Below the pieces are notes generated by a model. The model saw only the letters and a program-made list of their open reading frames with translations. It was not told the DNA's origin and made no database searches. A DNA stretch of 63,628 nt, counting the filler. It is 6 parts of 6 records of this genome, joined end to end, with 100 filler letters (N's around TTAATTAATTAA, not from the genome) between each part and the next. Parts side by side here need not be neighbours in the genome. Positions count along the whole stretch, not along the records: positions 32,490 to 41,559 come from SRR31156797_12371; positions 41,660 to 47,962 come from SRR31156797_12375; 4 more parts are not named here. One strand, 5' to 3'. The translations under genes were made by a program, and so were the position numbers. This document shows, one piece after another, positions 36,775 through 46,520 of this stretch. Each line of letters starts with the position of its first letter. Position 1 is the first letter of the stretch.

Positions 36775-39700
36775 ATGCCGGCTAAAACCATGTCGAATGA
36801 CAGCCTGGAAAAATTGCGCAGGGCCATCGAAACCGTACTGGTTCCATACCATTCCCTCGATGTGAACGGTGCGATCCTGAACGTGAACCGGGAATGGCTG
36901 AAGGCGCTTGGATACGACCGGCAGGACGTCGTCGGTAAGCCTTTCAAAAGCTTTCTTACGGAAACCAGCCGCGAATTGTTTCCCGAAAGGTTCTCCGCCT
37001 TCAAAACGAAGGGTGAAGTTCAAGACGTGGAATTCGATCTCATCCGGTCGGACGGGACCGTCATCAATGTTCGTTTCTCGGGACGTATCGAATTTGACGA
37101 CGCAAAACGGTTTGTTTGCACCCATTGCACATTCAGGGATATCAGCGCCGAAAAAGCGGCCGCCGAAGAGCTGCGCGCAAGCGAGGTCCGGTATCGCAGC
37201 CTTTTCGACCAATCGCCGGATGGCATTCTTGTCCATCGCAAGTTGATCGTTCTTTTCGCAAATGCGGCGGCGGCGCGGATTCTCGGATTCGAGGGACCCG
37301 ACAAATTGGTCGGCGCGCGGATGGAGGATCTGGTCCATCCGGATTCGTTCGACAGGGTTGCGCGGCGTTCCCGGCGGGTCATGCGGTCGAAACAGGCGCT
37401 CGAACCCGAAGGCCAGACCTACCGGCGGCGGGATGGCACGCCTGTCCCCGTCGAGGCAACCGGCCAGGCGATCAAGGTTGACGGTAAATGGGCCGTTCAG
37501 TCCATCCTTCGCGATGTATCCCGTCGACAGCAGTATGAATCCGCGTTGCGGGAACGGGAATCGAGGCTGTCCAGTATCCTGGCCGTTGCGCCGATCGGCA
37601 TCGGTGTCGTCAAGGATGGCGTTTTACAGCAGGTCAATGTTCGTTTTTGCGAAATGGTCGATCGGCAACCCGAAAACCTGCTTGGGAAAAGCCTCGGATT
37701 CCTCTATCCGGACGAGACGGAATTCGATCGTGTGACCGATGAACAAACCGGTCAAATGGCCGATACGGGGTTCAGCACGGTCGAAACCCGATATCTGACC
37801 CGGGACGGCAGGGCGCTGGACGTTCTGGTTAACTCGACCCCCCTGGATCCAGGCAACTTGCCTGCCGGCGTAACCTTCACGGCGTTGGATATTTCGAACT
37901 GGAAAACATCCGAACGGGAACTGCGGGAAGAACGCGATTTCACCAACGCCGTCTTCGAAATGGCCTCATCCCTTGTCGTCGTTCTGGATTCGGCAGGACG
38001 CATCATTCGCTTCAACAGAACCTGTGAACGGATCACCGGATATCGTCGGGAAGAGGTCATCGGCCGGCCGGTCTGGGAAATCGTCATCCCGGAGAAGGAT
38101 CGCGCCACGGTGCGGGCCGTTTTCGGATCCGGCGGCACTTCCGATCCCATACGCACCTTTGAAAACGAGTGGCAGGCAAAAAACGGCGAACGGCGGTTGA
38201 TCCGCTGGTCCAATTCCTGGTTTCCGAACGCGGATGGAGAAACCTATGGGATCGGTATCGGCCTCGATATAACCGAAAGCAAAAAGGTCGAAATTGCCTT
38301 GGTCGAAAGCGAGAAACGTTTCCGAGGCCTTTTCGAGAACATGCAGGAAGGCATGATCCTGCATGAAATGGTTACCGACGAATACGGTAAAGCGATCGAC
38401 TATCGTATCATCGACGGCAATCCGGCGGTCCAATTGCATACCGGCATCGATGTGCAATCGGCGATCGGCCGACGCGCCACCGAACTGTACGGCGTTGACG
38501 ATCCGCCGTTGCTGGATACCTATGAAAAAGTCGCCAATACGGGACAGCCGATTACTTTCGAGACCGATTTCGAGCCGACGGGCCGGCATTTCCGCGTTTC
38601 GGCCTTTTCCCCGCGGCGCGGTGTTTTCGCCACCGTATTCAACGACATCACAAGCCGCAGTCGGGCCGAGGCCGAGGTCAAGCGGCATCGCGAAAGGCTG
38701 GCCGAGGTTCTGGAGGCGGCGGGCGAGGGCATATACGCCATCGATTCCGAAGGTCTTTGCGTTTTCTGTAACTCGGCCGCCCTTGCATTCCTCGGCTACG
38801 AGACGGCGGATCAGGTCGTCGGCAAAAACATGCATGAACTCATGCATTGCCGGCGCGAAGACGGCTCGCCCTATCCGAAGGAGGAGTGTCCGGCCCATTT
38901 GGTTGCAAAGACCGGACAACCGGCGAAGGTCATCGAAGACTGGTTCATCCGCAGCGACGGCACGACCTTCCCGGTCGAATTCTCGGCCCATCCCATGCGG
39001 GTCGGCGAGGAAACCGTCGGTGCGGTGATCTGTTTTGCCGACATCGCCGACAGGAAACGCACTCAGGAAAGGATGCACCGGCTTTCAACGGCGGTCGAGC
39101 AAAGCCCGATCAGTATCGCGATTACCGATGCCGACGGCCGGTTCGCCTATATCAATCCGTGTTTCGTCCGTGAATCCGGATATCGGCTTTTGGATCTCGA
39201 GACAGAAGATCCACCTCTTCTATTTTCAACCGGGCTCGATTCCAGCGTCCAAGTCGGGCTAAGCGACGCCTTGATCCGCGGGATCGAATGGCGTGGCGAG
39301 GTTCAAATGCGAACCAAAGCCGGCGATGCCATCTGGGGATCGTTGGTGATGTCGCCGATCACAGATCCACAGGGAATGATCGTCAGCCATCTGTGGACTT
39401 TCGAAAACGTTTCCGAGCGGCGAAAGCTGGAACGCACTCTTCTCCAGGCCCAGAAAATGGAATCCCTCGGCCAGTTGACCGGCGGCGTTGCGCATGACTT
39501 CAACAATATCCTGGCGGTCATTCTTACCAACGCCGAAATCCTGGCCGAGGAATACGAACGCGATGCCCATAACGCACCGGTCATCAATTCCATCGTTCGT
39601 GCCGTCTATCGCGGGTCTTCACTGACCGAACGGCTGCTCGCCTTCTCGCGCCGCAGCGAACTGTCCCCCGAACCGGTCGACGTATCCGCAATGATGGTGG

Positions 39701-40608
39701 ATATGAAAGACATGCTTCAGCGAACCCTCGGCGAAACGATTGATGTCAAGGTCGAGGCCGATAGCGGACTTCCTTCCATCGTGCTCGACCAGCATCAGTT
39801 CGAAAACGCCATCCTCAACTTGTCGGTGAATGCCCGCGACGCCATGCCGTCGGGGGGCAGCCTTGGTGTCAGGGTGACATCCGAAATCCCCGGCCCCGCT
39901 TTTCAGACCGAGGATTCCAAGGACGATCAGGGATATGTCTGTGTCAGTGTCGCCGATACCGGCTGCGGCATCCCGGCTGCGTTGTTGGAACGGATATATG
40001 AACCGCTATTCACGACCAAGAAGAAGGGCGAAGGAACCGGATTCGGGCTCAGCATGGTTTACGGATTCGTCAAACAATCCGGGGGCGAGATCGCCGTCGA
40101 AAGCGTCGAGGGAACCGGAACCGTCTTCCGGCTGTTTTTCCCGGTCGCATCGGACAAGGGTTCCAGCCGTGACTCGGGACCCGCCAGGGATCGGAAAACG
40201 GCTGCCGCACAGGACCGTGGGCAGGTCTCGCCGCTGAACATCCTTTTGGTCGAAGACGACGAACATGTCAGGGAATCGACGCGGTTGATGTTGCGCGGGG
40301 ACGGTCACAACGTTGTCGCCGCATCGGACGGCGACGAAGCGGTTGAAATCCTGAAGGACCGCCCCGAACTCAATCTCGTGGTTTCCGATGTCGTCATGCC
40401 CGGCAATATCAGTGGGCGGAGTCTGGCCGCCGCGGTCCGCGGGATACGGCCGGATATCAATTTGTTGTTTACGTCGGGCTATTCCGCCGGTTACCTCTCC
40501 GAGGCCGATTTGCTCATATACAACGCGAAGTTTCTGCCCAAGCCCTACAGCAAGAAAGAACTCGATGACGCCATCGCGGCGTTGGTTGACGGCCAACCGA
40601 ATGAATAG
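36775..40608 (+). CDS. cytoplasmic hybrid histidine kinase with seven PAS domains and a REC domain (CckA-like core)
   Basis: GVAHDFNNIL, NLSVNARDAM, DTGCGI, FTTK, GTGFGL; REC VEDD/SDVVMP/KP. Confidence 0.93.
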   Translation: MPAKTMSNDSLEKLRRAIETVLVPYHSLDVNGAILNVNREWLKALGYDRQDVVGKPFKSFLTETSRELFPERFSAFKTKGEVQDVEFDLIRSDGTVINVRFSGRIEFDDAKRFVCTHCTFRDISAEKAAAEELRASEVRYRSLFDQSPDGILVHRKLIVLFANAAAARILGFEGPDKLVGARMEDLVHPDSFDRVARRSRRVMRSKQALEPEGQTYRRRDGTPVPVEATGQAIKVDGKWAVQSILRDVSRRQQYESALRERESRLSSILAVAPIGIGVVKDGVLQQVNVRFCEMVDRQPENLLGKSLGFLYPDETEFDRVTDEQTGQMADTGFSTVETRYLTRDGRALDVLVNSTPLDPGNLPAGVTFTALDISNWKTSERELREERDFTNAVFEMASSLVVVLDSAGRIIRFNRTCERITGYRREEVIGRPVWEIVIPEKDRATVRAVFGSGGTSDPIRTFENEWQAKNGERRLIRWSNSWFPNADGETYGIGIGLDITESKKVEIALVESEKRFRGLFENMQEGMILHEMVTDEYGKAIDYRIIDGNPAVQLHTGIDVQSAIGRRATELYGVDDPPLLDTYEKVANTGQPITFETDFEPTGRHFRVSAFSPRRGVFATVFNDITSRSRAEAEVKRHRERLAEVLEAAGEGIYAIDSEGLCVFCNSAALAFLGYETADQVVGKNMHELMHCRREDGSPYPKEECPAHLVAKTGQPAKVIEDWFIRSDGTTFPVEFSAHPMRVGEETVGAVICFADIADRKRTQERMHRLSTAVEQSPISIAITDADGRFAYINPCFVRESGYRLLDLETEDPPLLFSTGLDSSVQVGLSDALIRGIEWRGEVQMRTKAGDAIWGSLVMSPITDPQGMIVSHLWTFENVSERRKLERTLLQAQKMESLGQLTGGVAHDFNNILAVILTNAEILAEEYERDAHNAPVINSIVRAVYRGSSLTERLLAFSRRSELSPEPVDVSAMMVDMKDMLQRTLGETIDVKVEADSGLPSIVLDQHQFENAILNLSVNARDAMPSGGSLGVRVTSEIPGPAFQTEDSKDDQGYVCVSVADTGCGIPAALLERIYEPLFTTKKKGEGTGFGLSMVYGFVKQSGGEIAVESVEGTGTVFRLFFPVASDKGSSRDSGPARDRKTAAAQDRGQVSPLNILLVEDDEHVRESTRLMLRGDGHNVVAASDGDEAVEILKDRPELNLVVSDVVMPGNISGRSLAAAVRGIRPDINLLFTSGYSAGYLSEADLLIYNAKFLPKPYSKKELDDAIAALVDGQPNE

Positions 40609-40789
40609 TCGGCCAGGGGAGTTTGAAGGGGGGCGTTTATGCGGCACCGGAAGGCATCGATACAATCGCGGCCGCACCGAAATAAAAAAATCTAAACTTT
40701 TTCCGTGTTTCAATTTAAGCTGGAAAAAGAACGGTTAAATCATCGCAACATGATGATCGCTTAGATCCACGGGGAGGCGAGGCCAGAGA

Positions 40790-41509
40790 ATGCCTGAGCA
40801 TGTGCTCATCGTCGACGACGATCCGGATTTGCTGGAATCCCTCCGGCTGTTTCTATCCCGACAGGATTTTGAGGTCAGCGTGGCCGCCGACGGAAAGGCT
40901 GCGCGGGCACGCCTGTTGATGGACGATATCGACATCGTGCTCCTCGACGTCAATTTCCCGGACGAAAGCGGCTTCGATATCGCCAGGGATCTTCGGTCCC
41001 GTTCGGATATTCCCATTATCATGCTGACCGGGCGGGATTCCGAAGTCGACCGCATCGTCGGGCTGGAAATCGGTGCCGACGACTATATCGCCAAACCTTT
41101 CAGTGCCGGCGAATTGGCGGCCCGGGTCCGTGCCGTTCTAAGACGGTCGACGACGCGGGTGGCGCCGTCGCCTACGGGCGGCGACCAACTGGTCGGGTTC
41201 TTCCGCGGATGGCGAATCGATCTGGCCCGTCGGCGACTCTATTCTCCCGAAAATGAAGACATCCGTCTGACCCCGCGGGAATTCGACCTTCTGGTCGCCC
41301 TTGCCCGCCATCCGTTCCAGGTGCGAACCCGCGATCAACTGCTTTCGGCATTGCGTGACGACGAGGTCTTCGATCGGGCCGTCGACACCCGGGTAACCCG
41401 GCTTCGGATGAAAATCGAACCCGATCCAAAGAATCCTGTCTTCATTATAACGGAACGCGGCGTCGGTTACGTTTTCAACCAGAAGGTCGAATGGCGCCCG
41501 ACCGCGTGA
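40790..41509 (+). CDS. OmpR-family response regulator
   Basis: VDDD, LLD, GADDYIAKPF and winged-helix FDRAVD...ERGVGY. Confidence 0.94.
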   Translation: MPEHVLIVDDDPDLLESLRLFLSRQDFEVSVAADGKAARARLLMDDIDIVLLDVNFPDESGFDIARDLRSRSDIPIIMLTGRDSEVDRIVGLEIGADDYIAKPFSAGELAARVRAVLRRSTTRVAPSPTGGDQLVGFFRGWRIDLARRRLYSPENEDIRLTPREFDLLVALARHPFQVRTRDQLLSALRDDEVFDRAVDTRVTRLRMKIEPDPKNPVFIITERGVGYVFNQKVEWRPTA

Positions 41510-41559
41510 TCTGAAGCCGATTGTTTCATCTTGAAACAGTATTGCCGCCGATCCGAAAC

Positions 41560-41659
41560 NNNNNNNNNNNNNNNNNNNNNNNNNNNNNNNNNNNNNNNNN
41601 NNNTTAATTAATTAANNNNNNNNNNNNNNNNNNNNNNNNNNNNNNNNNNNNNNNNNNNN
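41560..41659. other. artificial contig linker
   Basis: N44-TTAATTAATTAA-N44. Confidence 0.98.
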
Positions 41660-41755
41660 GCCCAGGAGGGGCTGCTCAGAATCATGGCCAACACCTGATA
41701 ATCAGCTAGTAGATTAAATGCATTTTCTGTCTGGTATTCTGCTGGGAAGATACCG

Positions 41756-41792
41756 GTGCCGGAAGTCATATGACTTCCGGCACTCTTTTTTT
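41756..41792 (+). terminator. terminator, perfect 28-bp palindrome plus T-run
   Basis: GTGCCGGAAGTCATATGACTTCCGGCAC then TCTTTTTTT. Confidence 0.75.
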
Positions 41793-43611
41793 ACTTGGGC
41801 AGAATCTCCATAATCTCGGGATGGGCCTGCAAAAATTCCGGCGCCTCGGAAACAAAGCCTGCAATTTCGGGAATCTGAAGCAGCCAGCCGTCTTTGTGCA
41901 GCATATCCACAAACCCGGTGCTGTTGAACAGATAAGCGGTAAACTCCTTGCTGGAAGAAAGCAGGTCCACCACAGGCCCCTTGGCAAAAATATTCACAAA
42001 ATTGCCGGAATCAAACAGCAGTTCCGGATTTGCAATGAGTACTTTGATGAGGCTTGGGTATTCCAAGATCACGTCTATCCTTCCGAAGAGCATATCAGGG
42101 TTCATCTTCATTTGAAAATAATCAAACAAGAGGCCGGGAAGCCATAGGGTGATTTCCGGAAAGGCGACCAGAATCACCAGTCCGATGAATTGCAGGGCCA
42201 GAAATGGCACAATGGACCGGTAGATGTCCCCCAGGGAAATCTCCTTGGGGGCCACGGCCTTCATGTAAAAAAGGTTGAGACCGTATGGAGGGGTGATATA
42301 TGCCATCTGCATATTCACCACATAAAGGATGGCAAACCAGACCGGATCAAACCCCAGGGCTTTGATGATGGGCACATAGATGGGCATGCACAAAAAAAGA
42401 ATGGCAATATCATCCAGGAACATGCCCAGCAGAAAAAAACTCAGCTGCATGAGGATGAGAATGATCCAGGGACTGACATCCAGGCCGGTGATGGTTTCCC
42501 GGATCATGGCCGATGCTCCGAGGCCGCTGTATACCGCCGAGAATGTGATGGCGCCAAAAATGATAAATGCGTTGAAACCGGAAAGGTTCAGGGTGCGGAC
42601 GGCTGAATCCCAGAAGGTCTTTTGGGTCATTTTTCCCTTGGCAGCGGCACAGATCATAGCCCCCACGGCGCCAACGGCAGCCGCCTCCGTGGGAGAGGTA
42701 ACCCCTGTAAATATGCAGCCCAGAACAGAGAAAATCAGCAAGCCGGGTAAAATTAAAAACCGCAGGGCTGCAATCTTTTCCATAGTTGTGGCCCGGTGCT
42801 CAGGGGGCAGGGCCGGTGCCAGTTCCGGCTGAAAATAAGCACGCACGGCAATGTAAAGGATATACATGGACGCCAGCATCATTCCAGGGACCACACCGGC
42901 GGCAAAAAGCCGGCCCGGAGACTCCTGGGCCACAAAGGCATACATGATCATCATCATGGAGGGGGGAATTAAAAATCCCAATGCCCCTCCGGCCTGGACC
43001 ATACCGGTTGCCAGCTGTTTGTCGTAATTTCTGGCCAGCATGGCTGGTACGGCAATGATCCCCATGGACAGGGTGGCGGCCGAACTCACTCCGATCATAG
43101 CCGCCATGATGGCGCAGATAAGAATGGTCCCCATGCCAAGCCCTCCCCGAAGGCCCCCGGCCCAAAGATATACCGCATCAAATAAATTCTTGGCGATAAG
43201 GGAGTTGTGAAGGATAAACCCCATAAAAATGAACAGGGGAATGGCGATCAGGGTCTTACCCGACTCCAGGGTAAATGCCTTAAATTGAAACAAAAGCATA
43301 TTCACCAGGGTGGGCTGCCATATATAAGCCGTTATAATGGCGATGGCCGACAGGGAAAAAGCAATAGGAAGACCGGTTGCCATGAGCAGCAGCATGCTGG
43401 AGAACATAAAAAAGGTGATCACGAACTTGTGATCCGGGGTCAAATATCCCATGGCATAAAAATAGCCCATCAGACCCAGGTACCCAAGAAATACCAGGCC
43501 CAGCACTTTCAAGGAAAAATTACCCGGGGTACCGCCTTCCGAGGCTGGTGCACAGGTGTCGGCCCGGACCGGCAGAGGGGCTTCAAGGCTAGTATCGTTA
43601 GCAGTGTTCAT
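41791..43611 (-). CDS. dctM: TRAP transporter large permease with a C-terminal extension
   Basis: LIAIPLF, LIPPS and ITPPYGLNLF; about 105 extra residues after TLWLP. Confidence 0.92.
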   Translation of the reverse strand: MNTANDTSLEAPLPVRADTCAPASEGGTPGNFSLKVLGLVFLGYLGLMGYFYAMGYLTPDHKFVITFFMFSSMLLLMATGLPIAFSLSAIAIITAYIWQPTLVNMLLFQFKAFTLESGKTLIAIPLFIFMGFILHNSLIAKNLFDAVYLWAGGLRGGLGMGTILICAIMAAMIGVSSAATLSMGIIAVPAMLARNYDKQLATGMVQAGGALGFLIPPSMMMIMYAFVAQESPGRLFAAGVVPGMMLASMYILYIAVRAYFQPELAPALPPEHRATTMEKIAALRFLILPGLLIFSVLGCIFTGVTSPTEAAAVGAVGAMICAAAKGKMTQKTFWDSAVRTLNLSGFNAFIIFGAITFSAVYSGLGASAMIRETITGLDVSPWIILILMQLSFFLLGMFLDDIAILFLCMPIYVPIIKALGFDPVWFAILYVVNMQMAYITPPYGLNLFYMKAVAPKEISLGDIYRSIVPFLALQFIGLVILVAFPEITLWLPGLLFDYFQMKMNPDMLFGRIDVILEYPSLIKVLIANPELLFDSGNFVNIFAKGPVVDLLSSSKEFTAYLFNSTGFVDMLHKDGWLLQIPEIAGFVSEAPEFLQAHPEIMEILPK

Positions 43612-44137
43612 TTAATTCTTCTCCGTAGACGGCAAACCATATGTTGCGGATAAAATGGGCCAGTCCCTGGAAGGCGAGAAGGACGATGCCGATAACCAGG
43701 CTTGCCCGCCAGTGGTAAAGAGGCTGGCTGAGTGTTGAGTTGGATGTTTCTTTAATGGACACGGCAAAGACGGCATCCATACCCACCTTTTGCAGCAGCA
43801 GGGACATAAACAGAATAAAAAAAACAAAGGTGAGACTGTCCATAACCGCCTTTGCCCGGGGCGTCCACCTGTCGTAGAACAGGTCCATGCTGATGTGCTC
43901 TTTGTGAAGCATGGCATGGGCCCCGGCCCATATCATATAGAATCCGAACACCATCTTGGAAATTTCATTTGCCCAGGCCGTGGGGCTCTGGAAAAAATGC
44001 CTCGATACGGCTTCGTAGAGCATGATCCCGGCCATAACCAAAACAAAAGTGGCCAGGACCCGTCCAATGACACCGTTTACACGGTCAATCATCCCCACCG
44101 AAAATGCCAGCCATTGTTTCCCGCTTTTCATCACCAT
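43598..44137 (-). CDS. dctQ: TRAP transporter small permease
   Basis: Four TM helices, PTAWANE and HISMDLFY. Confidence 0.9.
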   Translation of the reverse strand: MVMKSGKQWLAFSVGMIDRVNGVIGRVLATFVLVMAGIMLYEAVSRHFFQSPTAWANEISKMVFGFYMIWAGAHAMLHKEHISMDLFYDRWTPRAKAVMDSLTFVFFILFMSLLLQKVGMDAVFAVSIKETSNSTLSQPLYHWRASLVIGIVLLAFQGLAHFIRNIWFAVYGEELNEHC

Positions 44138-44204
44138 ATTCTCCTTGGCCGCGGCCGGTCCTTTCAGGAACAGTTTTCCCCCGAAAGGACCGGTCTTTTT
44201 AGGG

Positions 44205-45200
44205 TTAAAGGCGTCCGGAATCCTTGGCCGCTTTTTTGATCAACTCAATGGCCGCTTTATTGCGGGGGCTCTTGCCGGCTTCGTCATTCCAGACATCCAG
44301 GGCGGCCCTGGTCATCTCTTTCATATCGGCATCGGAAAAATTCGTTGTCGTATTTTTAAACAATTCGTTAAGGGTGGCCTTGTCCTGGCCTGAAATCCAC
44401 TTGTAGTAGCTCCAGCGGAGAAGGTCGGCAGCCTCCTGAACGATTTTCTGCTGCTCCGGGGAAAAGGCATTCCATACATCCTGATTAATAACCAGGGTAT
44501 CCACAATGGGATCAAGTATGGGGGTATTGTTAAAGAACCGGGCCCCTTCATAGAATTTTGTTTCTTTGTATTCAAAGGCGGAGCCGTAAAGAACCCCGTC
44601 AATCTGTCCGGTTGTCAAGGACAGATAAATATCTTCAACCGGAACGTTGACCGGATTCACCCCGACTTTTTTAAGCATTTTAGCAGAAGCCCCGACAGCC
44701 CGGATTTTCATGGACCTCATGGCGGCCAGGCTGTTGATGGGCCGTTTTCCCAGAAAATGGTAAGGCGCAGCCCAAACCGGTCCGAGGTATTTTACGCCCA
44801 GCTGCCCGTATTCTTCGGCAATAATATCCTTAAGTCCATATTTTTCGTAGATATCCTGGGCCTCGTCTGCAGAGGTCCAGGACATGGGGAGTCCGGATTC
44901 AATGGAGCCTATCTTGCTTTCGGTAAAATGGTGGCCCATGCCCCGGCCCATGTCTATGGTGCCGGTTTTTACGGCATTGAGAATCTGGCTGGAGGGAACC
45001 AGCTCTCCGCCGGAGTAGACTGAAATTTTGATACTGCCCTGACTCTTTTTTTCCACGGCGGCGGCAAACTCTTTTTCAGCATTGAGCATATTGGTGCCGT
45101 AATAGCTCTGGAGTTTGAGGCTGAACACCTTGGAATCGGCCATTGCACTGGAAACTGGGGCAAAAAACATCAGGATTAAGGCTATACATATTTTTTTCAT
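44205..45200 (-). CDS. dctP: TRAP substrate-binding protein
   Basis: Signal peptide, GGELVP, MKIRAVG and LTTGQIDG. Confidence 0.9.
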   Translation of the reverse strand: MKKICIALILMFFAPVSSAMADSKVFSLKLQSYYGTNMLNAEKEFAAAVEKKSQGSIKISVYSGGELVPSSQILNAVKTGTIDMGRGMGHHFTESKIGSIESGLPMSWTSADEAQDIYEKYGLKDIIAEEYGQLGVKYLGPVWAAPYHFLGKRPINSLAAMRSMKIRAVGASAKMLKKVGVNPVNVPVEDIYLSLTTGQIDGVLYGSAFEYKETKFYEGARFFNNTPILDPIVDTLVINQDVWNAFSPEQQKIVQEAADLLRWSYYKWISGQDKATLNELFKNTTTNFSDADMKEMTRAALDVWNDEAGKSPRNKAAIELIKKAAKDSGRL

Positions 45201-45265
45201 GACATCATCTCCATCTTTCATTAGAGTTATGGGGGGGGTACCCGGTTTTACTGGTTTGGTTTTTA

Positions 45266-46240
45266 TCAGGATGCCGGTTTTATATCAGCGGCCGTCTTTT
45301 TATTTGATGCAACCAAAGAAATAAAATCAAACACGATTCCGGCAGCGGCAAAAGAGGTGATTTTGCCCGGAGAATCTCCGGCCGGCAGAACTTCCACAAG
45401 ATCAAACCCCACGAAATCAGCCCCTTTGAGCCCCCCAAGCACCAGCTGTTGGGCCTCGAATGTGGTGAATCCGCAGATTTCAGGGGTGCCGGTGCCCGGG
45501 GCATAGGCCGCATCCAAAAAATCAATGTCAAAGGTTACGAATACGGGCTTGCCCTCTATTTTTTCCCGGATCCTGGCCACGGTCTGCTCCATTCCCATTT
45601 TCCTCACATCCCAATTTGTCAGGATCTCCACCCCGGCCTCTTGTGCATATTTGAACTGGTCGGCATCGTAGAGCGGGCCGCGAAGCCCCACCTGAATTGC
45701 GTGGTCGGGAGCGATGAGATTCTCCTCAATGGCCCGACGGAAAAAGGTGCCGTGGTTGTACAATTTACCAAAATACGTATCCCCGGTATCGCTGTGGGCA
45801 TCAAAATGAACAATGGCCATGGGGCCGTGAACCCGGGCCGCGGCCCGCAGTTCCGCCAGGGTGACCGAGTGATCCCCGCCAAGGCAGACCGGAATAATAT
45901 GGTTCTTGTATACCGGGATCAGCCCCTGCTCCACTTTTTCATAGGTCTCCTCTATGAATCCGGGAACCGTGGGGAAATCACCGTAGTCCACACCCGAGCA
46001 ATGCTCAAATACATTGACATCCAGTACCGGATTATACGGTTTTAATATGCCGGAGACCTCCCGGATGGCCTGGGGACCGAACCGGCTACCGACCCCGTAA
46101 GTGCAGCCCGTATCAAAAGGGATTCCGGCCACTATGAAATCCACATCTTTCAATGTCTCCACATGGGGAAGCCGCATAAAGGTCCGTATGCCGGAAAATC
46201 GCGGGGAGACCAAAGGGTCCACGGGTTCATATTTTATCAC
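45266..46240 (-). CDS. speB: agmatinase-family ureohydrolase
   Basis: GGDHS, DAHSD, HGT and FDIDFLD...APGTGTP; GGAGG RBS before the GTG. Confidence 0.88.
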   Translation of the reverse strand: MIKYEPVDPLVSPRFSGIRTFMRLPHVETLKDVDFIVAGIPFDTGCTYGVGSRFGPQAIREVSGILKPYNPVLDVNVFEHCSGVDYGDFPTVPGFIEETYEKVEQGLIPVYKNHIIPVCLGGDHSVTLAELRAAARVHGPMAIVHFDAHSDTGDTYFGKLYNHGTFFRRAIEENLIAPDHAIQVGLRGPLYDADQFKYAQEAGVEILTNWDVRKMGMEQTVARIREKIEGKPVFVTFDIDFLDAAYAPGTGTPEICGFTTFEAQQLVLGGLKGADFVGFDLVEVLPAGDSPGKITSFAAAGIVFDFISLVASNKKTAADIKPAS

Positions 46241-46318
46241 AGAGTATCCTCCTTTTTTTGTTGCCGACTAAGCCAGCCCCGGCAAATTTCAGGTATTCAA
46301 AGTCTGGCAACAGGGTAT

Positions 46319-46335
46319 AGCAATATGGGTGCCAA
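46319..46335 (-). promoter_or_regulatory. sigma54 -24/-12 promoter of the speB-dctPQM operon
   Basis: TTGGCAC-CCATA-TTGCT on the minus strand. Confidence 0.9.
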
Positions 46336-46457
46336 CGAAGAAGTCCCTTTAATTACGGCATTCCAAGGGGCACACCGCCTGTAAACTATTCATTTCTGGG
46401 TAGGCTTTTGATGAACAGAACCGCTCCATGGGCTTCAGCAAACGGTCTTGACAAATT

Positions 46458-46493
46458 TACCCAATATTGGATATGTCTACCCAATATTGGGTA
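46458..46493. promoter_or_regulatory. tandem palindromic UAS for the adjacent sigma54 activator
   Basis: TACCCAATATTGGATA and TACCCAATATTGGGTA, 20 bp apart; TTGACA at 46448. Confidence 0.8.
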
Positions 46494-46520
46494 ATTCACC
46501 ATGGATATTAGGAGCCCCCT

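Noticed and set aside
32442-41429. Many long antisense or alternative-frame ORFs in the GC-rich contig (e.g. 33253..34272, 37966..39078)
   Set aside because: They are shadow ORFs of well-supported genes, expected at high GC, and carry no motifs.
41660-41698. 3' end of a plus-strand gene (AQEGLLRIMANT-stop)
   Set aside because: Too short to verify or assign.
17789-46240. Agmatine link between the TiaS-like gene and the agmatinase
   Set aside because: They are on different contigs, probably from different organisms.
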